This document shows, one piece after another, positions 14,301 to 27,919 of a stretch of DNA of 64,000 nt. Every line of letters begins with the position of its first letter. The stretch's first letter is position 1. The stretch lies in the NCBI GenBank assembly GCA_040954595.2, contig CM082591.2, positions 3,457,957 through 3,521,956 on the forward strand, given 5' to 3'. The position numbers were made by a program, and so were the translations under genes. The notes beneath the pieces were generated by a model. It ran no database searches. It was not told the origin of the DNA and was given only the letters and a program-made list of their open reading frames with translations. This DNA comes from Balanoglossus misakiensis (Eukaryota; Animalia; Hemichordata).

Positions 14301-17300
14301 GAGAATTAGAGAAATAAGCAAGCTATTACAGAAGAGGACTTTAATGTCAAGTCTACACAAAATTTGACAAAAATTTGGACAAGTTTCATCAGATATCCCA
14401 TGAGAGACAAAATCAGTTAAAAGGGTAAACCTCAAGACATGATTGGCTATTAAAGGACCTTACATCTGTCCATCAGCCAATCAGAATCACTTTGTGGTGC
14501 CTGCCTTGAAATGAAGACAGAAAAAACATTTTTATCACAGATCAGCACTTTTCGTTTTCCTTCAATTGCAGGACACCACCTTGTAAACAAATGTACACCC
14601 CAGTGTGATAGAAACTCCATCCAGGCTCCTAAACTTTTAATTTCAACACAGGGTACTGACCTGCCTGGATTCAAATATCACCCTAAACCTGCAATGCATT
14701 ACTAAGATTCATGCATGTACATGTTTCAGATTTCCAATTAAAGGCTGCTAGGTCACAAAAGTCTTTTCGACAAATATATAAAAAGAAACAATCATGCTAC
14801 TGTATCAAATGAGGCCATAAGTGCATCTATTACTGTGGGAAAGAATCCCAATGGAATGGGACATAGTTAGTGGCTATCTTTTCATATTATTCTGACTTTT
14901 CACTCTATTGTAAATTACTGCATATTGTTCTGCTTATTGAAACATATCAATTAGTTTAGTCAACAAATCTATATTCACATCTATGGCAAGTAAAGTAAGT
15001 GTTTGAATCTTTAAAAAAATGAACTTACTTTTCTACAAGATAATGAGAAATATCTGAAATTTCTGGTTTACCAGTTGTTGGGTTGTTGAAGGTGTTCTTC
15101 CTATCATTGTGACTGTAAACAAAAACAAAAAATAGATTAATAATCTAACCAATTACAATTGTCGCTTTAATATTTAATGGTGTATACACTGATAACCAAA
15201 ATAGACAAAGGACATTGACTTTGTCCCCATAAGGTCAATGACCTCTGTCCTGAAACAGAGACAGACCCTCAAAACAATGTGTGTGGCTAGATCATCTCTT
15301 GAACATTTTTGATTTGGGGAAAATGACAAATAAACCACTCCTAACAAATTCAAATTTCATGTGCTTGGCACAGAAAACACATCTCTGGTACAAAGTAATG
15401 GATTTAGCTTTCTATAACGTAAACTAAGTTATTTGAGTCAAACCACCAGGGTTGACTCAAGTGTATTTTAGTGTTCAGGCTACACATACAGACTATGCCT
15501 GCAGGCAGACTAATGTGATCTTAAAATAGAATCACGGCCATGCCAAGAATATTTCTGTTCATGAAACTGTCTGTACTGTTCCATCCCAAATAGGGCTGCA
15601 TAGATTAAGTATGACTGTACGCGTGCCTGTGTGAAATAACATCATTGATTTTTCTGTCTTCACAGGCAATTCTGTAGTTAATGTACACCATTGATGGTAA
15701 ATTTACAAACTGGCTGAAACAGCTATATAGGACACTAACTGACAACAGCCTATACTTCTGACAAAAAACATCTGACACAAGAATAACAAAATATATGGGA
15801 TGTTCGCCACTAAGACAGAAACTGCAATTTACGCATAAAAACCACGTTAGTATCCTCAAATTCACCACAAGAATTCTGCAACACGTTCACCAGTAAATTA
15901 ATTTAATCTGACAAGTCTGTGTGTAGCTGTCTAGTGACTAGTCAATCAACCCACATAGAGATCAACACAAAGGACAATAGTATTAGCGACGACACGATCC
16001 AAATACGACTAACGCGTAAAATCCACGCAAGCTGTCTGACAAAAATGCAATACGCTCTTTTCTGAATATTTTTCATAATGTATATATTATCAAAATAAAA
16101 TTTACATTAATGGACAGCTCATATTGATGATAAACTTACAAAAAATGCAAAAATCTGAGTCATAATTACATAACTTGTATGTTAAAATTCGAAAGTAGCA
16201 AATTCGTTCACCAACCTTGCAGGTTACGACAATTAAAGCGGTCAATGTCCCTTTCATGTCTCTCATACGATGTTTTCACTTTTCAAGTACAACGTGTCCT
16301 ACAGATTCAATGCCATCCAATTACACCACACACAAGCGCCAATACGCCTGACGTATTTTTTGTTGTTAGCACGTACTCTATGACCTTTGACCTGTGACCT
16401 CAGTTCAAATTGTATGAGGACAACAATGGGGAAGGGAGGCTACACAACTACTATCAAGGATGAAAGCTGCCATTTGTGTACATTTGTGCATTTGATAAAC
16501 GTACTGGCCAAGCTTTTATAGGAGCTGTATTTGACACACAAGAAAATCTCACAATACTCAGCCAAAAAATTCATTTCAATGAAAAAAATTAAACATAAAC
16601 TTCCTGGGGACACAGAATCAACGTCACATATCAACAATGTTATGAATATTTTCTGAAACAGATGGAAAATAGAACTAAAAATAGCCTCAAGGATATAACG
16701 AACACACTGTGAAATTCGAAACATTTTAACGTACAGACTAGGTCGTGTGCTCGTGGTTATGCGAGTTCAAACGACGCACACATTCCATGCTCTCTACACT
16801 GAACAGCTGTCTCTGGTCAAATACTTTTTCTTTCTTTTTCCTACGATAAATGGAGCATAAAATTAAAACGGTTCATCACGTGTATTTGTGTTATTTCTCT
16901 TTCAGTGACCTGCAGAATTTGGTCCAACATATCCATTTTAATCACACGTACATCATTACTTATACTGAAAACCGGGATCCCTGACAGCAAACAGTGCATA
17001 TGTCCACAGAACTTTTAGTCAAATAACTTGAACACATTTCGATATACATATAAATGAAATATACATACTCTGTTTCGCACTGTATCTTGTAGTGTCCGAA
17101 CATTTGTATGACGAATCCTTCGGTAAACGCGACTGAATTATTGACGCAAATTTCGCTAACTATCCACTTTCGCGAGATCCAATCGGTGACTGTCGGCCAT
17201 CCGACGCGTTTATGAAGTCTGGCGGACTCGACCACTGGTACAAATGCCAGGGTCTGCGATATGAATCATTAATGATATATTTGACACCAGGGGATGGGAA

Positions 17301-20300
17301 ACCTGATATTCGGCGTCAGAAATACCTTTCAGCATACATGTAATATCCATGGTCTGATTGCGCAGAACCCGACCGTTAAAAACAAATGACATACCCAGCT
17401 GTTTCGACTTTTAATGTTGTGTTTTCTGGTTTGGTCTTATTGGGGTTTTGTGGTGTCAATATGTGTTTACTAGTGTTACTACTTGTGGACTTATATGCGT
17501 TCATTTGCTTATACTCAACGGACAACCATAACAAAATAACCTAAAACATACCAAAACATATGAAATGAATTTCCACATTGTATATTTTTTTTTACAATTA
17601 TAACATGTGGACCTAAAACTAGCCATTTGTCCTCAGAGTGTCAACAGCAACACCCACACCATAAATGGAATTTAAATTTTTCATATCACTGAGACGTCAA
17701 CAACCAAGTCATGAACGTATGACCCCACTTTGTTTACTTGGAAGGCTTGCAATATTTATCCATAATTTCAGCCAAAGAGGGCACCAGTATTACCAGACTC
17801 ACAGTATAATTAAGTATGCTGAAACTTGTATTTTACGGGGATTGAATCAGCAAATGTCTCTGGTGTTTACACGCAACATGTAATAGCGCTCATAACTGTA
17901 GCTGGACGAATCTATGTGACTTTAACTTAATACTGTGAGAATGTGAACGATTAGAGCCCTGCCCAAGGGGACGATTACATCCAAATCATTTTATTGGTTA
18001 ATGGTATCAGGAAACAGAAGTCTATGATGTTCACACACTTGGTTCTGCTTTGTGTATATACTGGGCCTGCTGTGAAAATCTGTCTGAATCTGGATACCTT
18101 ATCAGATATCTTAATGGGTTAAAGAGGTAATAATTTGTCAAATTCAATGTCTTGCAGACCTCCTGTGAGTCAAGATGTTTCCCATGAAGATCTTGAGTGC
18201 TTGACATTGAACTGTGACGCACAGCCGCTAGTGCATGGTCACTGTCTTATACTATAGCACAGTCATGGTCTTTGACTGGTCAAAGTTCGTTTCGCTCCAA
18301 GGATCTAACACTTGCTTTCACAGCGACGACCTCAAGTGGTATAAACCCGACTGTGTTACAATAGTGGCCAAGAACTTGTCCAATGTCATGAATAACACAT
18401 AAACCACCATATCCATGATCGTTTATGCACACATGTATTCTGTTGAACTTTGAATCAACTTGAAAAGTTTTTAGAAACTTCTTTGCATCAAATATGTATC
18501 TATAGGCTGACCCACAACCAATAGTACAGGCAACATCAGGCTACATACATACGCACAGAAACTCAAGTGGCAATTGGTTAGCTAACACCAGGCCAACTAA
18601 TTCTCGCATGTACCATTCATAAAATTTATACAAGCAAACTGTTTAAACTAAAGGCACACCCTAATATTCAGTATACCACATACTACAAGCACTTCATAAA
18701 TTCTTAATGTACTTAGATTTTGATAAATGGACAGAATAACTGTGGTCTCAAGTACACAGTTGTGAATTATGTGGGCATTATTGGACATTTATGTCAAAAT
18801 GTCAAGATTTATTGGCAAATTAAAAACTTCCTCAGAGCTGGGCTACCAGCCACATTGAGGGTGCCTGTAAGTGTAACACTGTTGAACAGATAGTGGTGTA
18901 GTTATGATCTGCCCTGTATGTCTACATGTGAAAACTGCTGACCTGTCAAAAATGGCCAGTCAGTGAAATACTCCAAAACCAATTACTAATGCTTTATTCA
19001 AAAGGTTGGAATTTTGTGCAATTGACATATAGCAGTTCTTGAAATGTACACCATTGAAGTTTATTCACAATATTCAAGTTAAATGTACAAGGCTAATTAA
19101 CTACCCATAAAAGACAATTACAAGATTCTCATCAAGTGGGGCTTGAAACTGCCTGTTTGGGGGTCTATGGAATGCAATCTCACATGCAAACACGCAGCCC
19201 CCCACTGTGTATGCAATGTCTGGTGATGTAACACAACATCTGGGCCATAGATCACAACTTGTCCATGCTGATTAAAAGTCATGTCCTGAGCTTGGGTGAA
19301 TTAAAATACACCCCTTGCTGTTCAGTTATGGCAACAATACTTAATTGCTGTCATTTGCAGTGGTTGCCAGTCTGGTGTGTACACTGGACTACTGTTTTGG
19401 AGATAATTACGTCCAGCCAAAGCAGATACTAGTACCATTGGTGTATAACTATTTATGTACACTGTTCATGCAATGCCTAGTCCTTCTTGGCTTAAATTGT
19501 CTTCCTATTATAAAACACATCTTAGTTCTTCTGCATCTTGTTATGTTAAGCTGCATATAACTGTCTGAAAACCTTGAGTAACATTTGCAAATGCAGGATT
19601 AAGTGCTCCCCTTTCTAGAGTTAATCTTCTCAGTGCTAGAACACTGGCAAACATTTGCATTCACGCAACAATGGTTGAAAAAAGTAAGCGCTTTTTGTCC
19701 TTAAGAAGTTGATGCTGCAAAGCTGCATATTAGGTATTCTGTAAACTCAGAGTAACAATTGCAAATGTTTGATTTTGCTGTATGCAATCTTTAACCCTTT
19801 CACCACCATGGTTCAGTCCAACCCGATTGTTTTCTATGGTTGGGTTGGACCTCTATAGAGGGAACTGGGGGTGAAAGGGGTTAAGCTTGGCTCAAGTCTA
19901 CTGTAGGGGTGGGGGTGGCGAATTCTATTTAGTGGCAAAGTGAAAGTTCAAATGCACTATACAGTGCCACCATTACTAAACTTATAGGCTACCAAAGGAT
20001 GGCCAGCCAATGGTTCAAGGGTCCCGTAAGAGCGATGATTGACGTACATGTATGTGCAGTGCAGTATCATGCTAATGGCACGACCACCTTCATCCCTCCA
20101 GCCATTTTCTGCATCAGTGGCTCACAACATCTACGCAGGATTACCTGCGAAAATGTGTACATTCGGTTTGTTGTCTTTAGTGCGCTAAGACGTTAATTAC
20201 GATGCCGGGCAAAGACGTTACGAGACATTCAACCGTGGACAGTGAATGTGGATTCAATGGAACTGAAAAGAAGACTGCAGGCATCCATGGTTCACCCAGG

Positions 20301-23300
20301 TTTTCTATTCAGAGTCACGTCTCTAGACTCATCTTCTTAGTCGACAAAAACAACACTTTGTCATTTTTTCTCCTGGCGTACAAGCATTGTTTTATAGATG
20401 AGAACTATTATAGGAAAAACGCCACGTTTCAGATGCATTGTTTTGAACTATGCTCTCTTTCTTTCAATACTCATTAATGGTTGTGGAGAGAACACTGATT
20501 TATGTTGGACATTTTCCAGTATATTGTATATATCCCTGACAGACCTTAGGAAAGACTTCCTAGGAGAAATTTCTTCTAAACTTTCCTTGTGGCAGCAAAT
20601 TACCTCACATGGCTTTGTGATTACACAATTAGCTCAGTGGCAAATGTGCAGCCAATAACCCTCCTAGTCTAAGTTAGTAAGTGTTTGAATTTCTCTGCAC
20701 GAACTATGTCTGGTATTCTCAGAGAGTGTGCCACTTTGTTCGAAAACCAACACATAACAAACACAGAATGCTACCGAGCCAAAGACACAATAGCTTTGTT
20801 CATAATTCACCAGCGCCTGTCTCAATTGGCCACTCTCACGACCTCTGTATGACCTGATACGTTTGCTCTTAGATTAATGCTTGATATGTCTGACTCCACT
20901 AGGGAAAATAGTGGATTTGGACTAAACCATGGTGGTTAAAGGGTAAAATTGTACACTCTCCCTGGCCTTTGTCTTACCATTACTCCATTTGAATTTCGAC
21001 TAATTCTGCTAATGAGCTGGTTGTGTCCAACACAGTTAAATCCAAAACAATGCTCATGATTTACAATTTACAGTTGTTACCAGTGGCTTTGTTTTCTAAA
21101 TGAATATATACAGTTATAAACAACAATTGCTGTTAGATAATCCAGACATGGAAGGGATTCCTGTAAGATAATTAAATCACCAGTCCCTTCAATGACATAC
21201 CAGCAAACATGGCGTACAATCAACATATTCAAGCTATCACAATATCAGTTCCTCACGAATCATCCGTTAAAATAAATGCAATTTTAAAACACAGCCATGT
21301 GGTTGAGTATTCATCCCAATATGCTCAATCGATTGAGTTAATAATGAACTTTATACAGCATGTAAACACCACAATTTGCACTGTTCAAGGTATAGTGTAC
21401 AGCAAATGAGGATTTATAAACAAAAATATTCCTGATCCTAGAGTTGTTTCAACAGATTAAAATTTTAATGGATGGTAAAGAACGCAAAGTGGGAATTACG
21501 AATGACAGACAATTGTAACAACCTCAGCCTAAATGTATGGAGTTCAGCTTTGAAAACAGACCACCACACATTTTACTATTAAATTCCAAACTCCAAATGA
21601 CAAGTACGCAAATTCGACAGCTTCTCAAACGCCACAGGTTAGAGAAACCTATCTCAGTCACAACTGACAAGTAGATGTTATAAAATCACACTTAAAGGTG
21701 CATTATCTACATCAAACAATTCTTAACTGCTTTTCTAAGTCTTTATCTGAAGTGTACATTTACATTTGGGATTGCCAACAGTTAATTCTGCATGTTTTGA
21801 GATTAAAGCAGCAATTTCCTCATTCAGAAAACCTGGAAACCAAAGCTGGTCTAATGCTTTGACTCAAAATGGCAGTTAATCTGTACAATTCTTAAATAAA
21901 GCGATGAAAGTTGATGACCCTCAAATACAGTACAAGCAAACTAGCAAGCTGACCTGGCAAAGCTACGTACGCGACAACGCAAAAACCAACCTGTGACCTT
22001 TGACACAAAAGAGGCGTGACCGAAAACACACATTCCTGGTTGTTTTGTATAAAATGCTAAAAGGGCCCAACCTTCCTCGGGGTGGCTTTGTTGGAACAGA
22101 CATTCACACAGCTGATGAGGTCACTCAACTCCATCTGACTGATGGTCACATAGGCATTTTTTCACTTTTGGTGCAGACATGTTATCCGTTGTTACAAAAA
22201 AAGATCCACTAGTCACACCTATATATAGTTTGTTTGACAATCTAATTTTCCAGTGAAGCACTATACAATTGTGTTTCACAGGAATAAATATACAAGGACT
22301 AGCTCAAGCTTTATTTCATGGAAACATCAATGTACATATGGTAGACTAGTGTAATAAAACATACACTTTATACCTACACTCTTTTGACATAATTATGTGC
22401 CGCACATTACTGTAATGGAAAATTCGACTGTTCACTAGGATTTTATTTTAGCATAAAATTGAGTCCATAATAAAATTAAATCCAAGCGAAAATAATTAAA
22501 AGCATTTCATATGATATAATTTGAAAACTGTGACACCTGTTGCATATCCATTTATTGAGGCAATATATGACCCCCACCCTCTGGGAAAATAAACAAGTCA
22601 CTGACATTGAGTTTGACCTTCAGATGACTCCAAATCCACCTTGACCCATTGATGTTGATTCAAAGGTCATCATGCAAATTTCTACCAATCACCTCATCTC
22701 TATTTGATGAAGAATTATTTGTCACAGAACATGTGAGTGACAGAGATCGCGAAAATCACAGCACTTGACTTGCAGTGTTTGTGATAATGACTTAGCAATG
22801 ACCGCGGAAAATCGGAGATCAGATGTGATCGTCCAATTGCAAAGCTACGCTCAATAAACAGAAAAAAAACCAGCGTCATAAAAACCCTCGCGTGAACTCG
22901 CCAAACAATTCCTCTTTGTGCCATCAAAGCCGATGGACACTTAAGACGCCCGTTTTATCAAGTCTTTGAGAGTTCCTTAAAAGAATGCAAGGAATTGGTC
23001 TCAATAACGCCCGTGTTAAGCCACGCTCTTTGTTCCACCAAGTTTGAATTCCAGCGCTGGGCTGTCACAACACATTTCTCACACGAACTGGTATTTGATG
23101 GTTTTGTAATGGGAAAAGTATTCGCCAAGCATTGTGAATGTACAGTATGCAGACACGGCCTCATAGTACTTAGCCTGTGACAAAACTACGATACATACTG
23201 AAACCAAGAATTAGCACAGCCAGGATTTGAAATTTTCACTCAACCAAACATTCCCAACATCAATGAAGACCACCAGGTCAAAACTGGCCCTCTTATTATA

Positions 23301-26300
23301 AAGTCTAAGGTGTTAAACTTTCAAATATTTGTCCACAGTCACTGATAAAGAAAGATCAAAAACATGTCTAGTTTCTGAGACAACTGAAGAAATATGGCAT
23401 AAGATAAAAAAATTTAGTCAATTTTCCCACTTTACCATAGAGCGTATTTTATCATGTGTCAGTATTTATTGGTAATAATTACTGCTGTTGAATATATAGA
23501 AAAGCAAGTTATATACAAATGATTTCTAAAAGAAATGTTGGTTGAAATGTAATATTCAAGCGGTCTGAAAGAACTGCCATTTTTATTGCTTTCTCCCCAA
23601 ACACAGATACAATTTCCACTCCAGTCTTGCACTGGGGGGAAACGAGATCCACACACGGGTGTTGACATACAAGAAACTTCAACCAATGTGAAGTGACCTG
23701 AAACAGTTGTTGACAAGCGAGGTCCCAGCTTCTTCCGTTTCAGCGATACAGCGACCGTCGAGGAATGCGAGTGTACAAACCTCCACACCATCACCAGACG
23801 GAGACCACCACAGCCAGTCACCCAATCCGAACCCCCTTTCCGCCAGGATACAATCACTTCTTCTATTAAATAGTCTTCCGATTTATTGACTTCAAGATTA
23901 AATTGCCAAGTAGGGGATTTCAAATTACATGTACATTTAGATCTGTGGCCATCCACTCCTCTAAAATCTCCAGGAAGATGCTCTTTACCACTCACTCAAG
24001 TGTTAATAATCAAACACATTTCTCTCAAAGAATGCCTGGAAATTAAATTAAATGGTTAATTTAATCCCTCACCCCACCACCCCCTTGTCTTCACATATAT
24101 GAACTTGACCGTATACAGAGAATAGTAGATTTGGGCTAAACCATGTTCCTAAAGGGGTTAATTGACTTTCTGTTCCCACATTATTCATCTGTCTCTTGTT
24201 CTTCCTGGCCCCAAAGCAGTTTTTCCAAATGACTGCCTCTTGAAATAAACATTGGTAATGAACAACTATTCAGATGAAATGGGCGAGCTAAGAAATGCTA
24301 TGATTTGTGTCCACCCCCACCCCCCAACCACAAGGTCATTTGTAGGGTCAAAGCTCTCTTGCCAACAATGTAATGAATACCACAAATTATAGAAACAGAA
24401 GAATGGTTTCATTTATTTCAGACATCATCAGAAAAAATGGAGTATACATAATCACTCAATCAGTACAGTATATTAAAGTTAAATAACGAGTTTTTCTCAC
24501 AATTAAACCATATCAATCTATATATTTGATTTTCAATGGTTCATTAAGAAAGTCATATAGTGTGCTGTGAAATACATTGACTTTCTTTGCTATTACATTA
24601 CACCATTCTGTACAGTACTGTACTTTACTGCACTGTAATGTACTATACTGTACTGTACTGTGCTGTACTGTACTGTACTGAACTTTACTGCACTGTAATG
24701 CACTATACTGTACTGTACTGTACTGTACTGTATTTTTGTACAGATAATACTTTCTGTGTGTATTAGTGACTGTTTTTGTTAAACCTGTACAATAGTGGGA
24801 GGGTGTCTTTAGAGATGGTCATTTTCCTTGAGGAAGTGTAAGGTGCAGATATGTGTAAATGATACCATTTGACCATCTACGTCAACATTGGACCATCTAC
24901 GTCAACATTTGAAGTGTGACCAACAACAAGGCCAGGTGACATCCCACACCTCAATAGGTCATCACCCTGAGGTGACTCAAAACAAACTCCGGGGCATTCC
25001 TGCATAGAAATGAGAGGGACTTCCTGACTAGTGGCTAGCAAAACAGGGTTTCATGACTGTGCTTTTCTGTGGTACTGAGAACGACGTCGGTCTTTTGTAA
25101 CTGATCGCGTCAGTAATGGTATACACTGTAACATTTGAAAGCAAGTTGTAACAAAAATGCCTAACGCGAGCTGTGATCATGAAATGAACATGACTGGACT
25201 TTTGGAAATTGACATATACCACATGTATACGCGACAACAGCTATGTGGAAATGGACACACAACAGCTGACCTGTCCTGATACTGATCAACCATCACACTG
25301 ACACTGACAGTACCAACTATTCTCAGTGCTAATACGTTAAAAATAAAGTGCTAATGCGTTTTCAGAAGAGAATACTTGGGTCCTTTGTGCGCGTGTGGAA
25401 CGCAATTGAATGGCGGTACAATGAGACAATGCGCCGCGATTAAAGTTGACTACAAAAAACGGTCAGCCATCGAGAGAACAGATCTGTCCTGTAACGGGAT
25501 TAACGATTGGTCTCCGTTAATTTCAATGACAAGGGAAACAACGCTATGCGTTATCTGACGTACTGTTCTACCGATGGCCGACCGCTTCACGCTGAATCTC
25601 ATTATCACCTCACATATGAAATCAACATTACAGCTGTTACAGAAATAGCGCGACCCGACGCGATCGATGCGTAAACACAGACGCGCTAACCGTACAGTCA
25701 GCCGCCTGTGTGTGTGTCTCACTGTCTCTGTGTGTGTGCTTAAAAAAGGGTACCACTTACTTGACAAAAAATGGAGCGCCTTCTGCAGTCACTGCTTCCT
25801 CCCACCCACGGGGCAGATCTGTCAAACCGAAGCAGACAAACGAAGGGACTGAGACTGGTATTACCACACCAGAAATTATACCATCCGTGGTAGCAAAACA
25901 TTCATTCGATTACTGCAATGCGGGTTAGTGTGTGTGACGCTGTCCCTGGCCATATCAAATGTCGACCAATACGCATATATTATACCAAATATAGAAACCG
26001 CCTGCTACTATACAAACCCGACGGCAGAAATCATGACACTAAGCAAACCTTAAAGGGAATAATCTTACCTGGCCGTGGTCTGTTTCCTGTGGACATAGCT
26101 TCGCCCGTCCGTGGATGTAACCATGTCGTCGTCCGAGTTTCGTCGCTGTTAATTAAATCAAAATAAAGTTTGTCAACCCAAAGTTTTAAAAAAGTTTGAT
26201 ATCACAGACGTGTGGTAACGTTTGACAATGGCTTACTTGATGAAGAATATCCGACCGTCCGCCAAAACACCATAATCCCACGGAGTTGGCAGAGGTTCAT

Positions 26301-26319
26301 TAAGAAGTCTCTCCGCCAT
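21..26319 (-). CDS. PLEKHA5/6/7 (kramer)-like WW-WW-PH coiled-coil scaffold protein, multi-exon, 3' end outside window
   Basis: Hand-spliced exons 26319-26237, 26145-26069, 25818-25761 and 15112-15029 give MAERLLNEPLPTPWDYGVLADGRIFFINDETRTTTWLHPRTGE...DLPRGWEEAVTAEGAPFFVNHNDRKNTFNNPTTG (two WW domains). Exons 13089-12848, 12448-12348 and 11929-11820 give a PH domain (GWLNKQDSSGLKAWKRRWCVLSDFCLFIYK...LLPSYKI...MRTYYFCADTEEQMRNWI). Further exons at 11292-10910, 10682-10613, ~10421-9533 and onward include SISAGDLMGKT/HEELVLLLIQLRR (~8530-8190), coiled-coil exons (7.97-4.3 kb) and PPKVLIPERYVPE...EERVEHLKKML (154-21), all typical of this family. Splice phases are consistent where checked. Confidence 0.92.
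5040..5204. mobile_element. Tc1/mariner/pogo-type MITE remnant (ACAGGTTTGACTGTA end, internal TATAGACAG repeats)
   Basis: Ends in CAGGTTTGACTG-TA with internal repeats TTTATAGACAG(A/G)T. A shorter relative with the same end is at ~40960-41025. Confidence 0.5.
8296..8396. repeat. Compound microsatellite (TCAA)n(TCAG)n
   Basis: Direct reading of the sequence; intronic. Confidence 0.9.
10490..10570. mobile_element. Inverted, truncated copy of the 19791 MITE family
   Basis: TTAACCCTTTCACCCCC...TATAGAGGTCCAA...CATAGAAAACA...TGGATCAAACCATG is the reverse-complement-like match to 19791-19884. Confidence 0.55.
11347..11843. repeat. ~49-bp minisatellite (~10 copies) overlapping the PLEKHA-like PH exon donor
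   Basis: Unit GTACTGTTATGCACTGAACATCACATATGCTACCCTGGATCTCTTTGTA repeated with gradual divergence; the last copy coincides with the exon end at 11820. Confidence 0.93.
19791..19884. mobile_element. Short non-autonomous piggyBac-like MITE (TTAA ends, CCCTTTCACC...GGTGAAAGGG terminal inverted repeats)
   Basis: TTAACCCTTTCACC...GGTGAAAGGGGTTAA. Related partial or inverted copies at ~10490-10570, ~20900-20947 and ~24060-24161. Confidence 0.65.
24608..24732. repeat. (TACTG)n pentanucleotide microsatellite
   Basis: Direct reading; a related degenerate pentamer tract occurs at ~34433-34515. Confidence 0.85.
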
Positions 26320-27831
26320 ATTTGTAAACTACAACCTGTATATACACCCTGGTGTCAGACAGCTTAAGTGGTCTACTTAAGTATACACCCACTGAAAAAT
26401 TAATTAATATCTCTTACAAAAGATACCATGATCTTCCAGTGCGAATAATTTCGAAGCAAAGCTAGAAGAATAAAATATTGTTAGCGAAGCATTTATTATA
26501 AAAGCACATTGAAATCAAAAGCAATTATTATTTTATGATTAATATTGGTTCCCCAAGGGAGGAAAATTCATAGACAGAACAGCAAGTTCGCACAGGTACT
26601 CTACTGTACTGATTGGGATATGCCAAGGTGAGCACCCCTCCCATTGGCTGACGTCAGTCATGTGGGACTCTTTGTAGCCAGCTACTCAGACGTGCTAAAT
26701 GGATTGTTTTGAAAAGTTTAATTTGTGGAGCTCGACTCTGAGACTAGTCCAGTACGGTTTCTGTGCGGAGTTACAAATTTTGCCTTTTTGAAGTTTGTCC
26801 CAGCCCTGTTTTGCTTTTTGGGTAATAAATTGCGATGTTGATAAAACTAAAAGACTATGTATACGACATCATGGAATAATTTGGTCGTACTCCGCAAAAA
26901 AGTGCTTTGTCAATTTTTCTACATACTTCCTTTTACCGGTTACGCAACAATATTGCTGGTTTGTAAGTTTTTATTATCAAAGTGGAAGGGAAAATATTTT
27001 CAACGGAATACATGAACATGTACACACCAAATCATGCTATGAAAAAACGATTATTTTATGCTGAAAAAAACACGTCCAGGGGCGCCTTCTCTTACTGCGA
27101 CAGCAGTATTAAACGCGTTTTTACTATACGCAAGGCAAGGTATACTTTATTCCGCATTTCCACAGGTATAAAACAACCGGACTTATACTCTGTTCACATC
27201 ATAAGTGTATGATAGTGTTCCACAAAATCACCACTGGTGGCGCTATTTATACCTCGTGGTGGAAACTGAGCTCCGACGGACTTTGTGGGCCCGGTAAATC
27301 GGAAGATGAGTACAGCATGGTGTTTCAGGGTCACATACATGGGGTTTGATGTGATCGGCTGTATGGGAGGGCAAAAGGGCCCAGCAAGAGCAACCAGCGA
27401 TTACATGAGTTGATGAGTCTATCTAAAGTTATTGTTGGAAAACTTGGTTGATGCACGGGAGATTCCTGGTGAAGTTACCATTTACAATACACACTGGTTA
27501 TTTTATCTCGGAAGTAAAAACGACTTCTTCAGATACATGTACTATCATACAAGCAGAATGATGATATACGGTAAATGCATGACAGATCGCAATGATGCTT
27601 GAATAATTAATACTGAACAAGTAAAACTTACTAAAAAGTGATCAAGAACGAAAATGAATGATTGCTTATGTCCTTCCCTCCCTCATGAAATAAAAATCAC
27701 TAAAGGGTGGCTTTAACATAACTACAACGAAAAAATGTGAAGTGGTACATATTTGAATGCTGTGGTTGTGTGCAGTCAATTGATTGCGGTTTTAACCACA
27801 AACAACTAGGATACTGTAAACAAAATAAGAA

Positions 27832-27919
27832 CGTCTCCGGTGGGATTCGAACCCACAGCCTCCGAATATCATGATTAACCTCTAGAAGTCCGACGCGCTA
27901 TCCGTTGCGCCACGGAGAC
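27832..27919 (-). tRNA. tRNA-Arg(TCT) with 15-nt intron (27868-27882)
   Basis: Reverse complement reads GTCTCCGTGGCGCAACGGATAGCGCGTCGGACT-TCT-A[GAGGTTAATCATGAT]ATTCGGAGGCTGTGGGTTCGAATCCCACCGGAGACG. Acceptor stem GTCTCCG/CGGAGAC pairs, A and B boxes are present, the intron is at canonical 37/38, and a T-run terminator follows. Confidence 0.96.

Noticed and set aside
23459-23995. 178-aa minus-strand ORF within the large intron
   Set aside because: No recognisable domain, non-ATG start and no supported splice connection.
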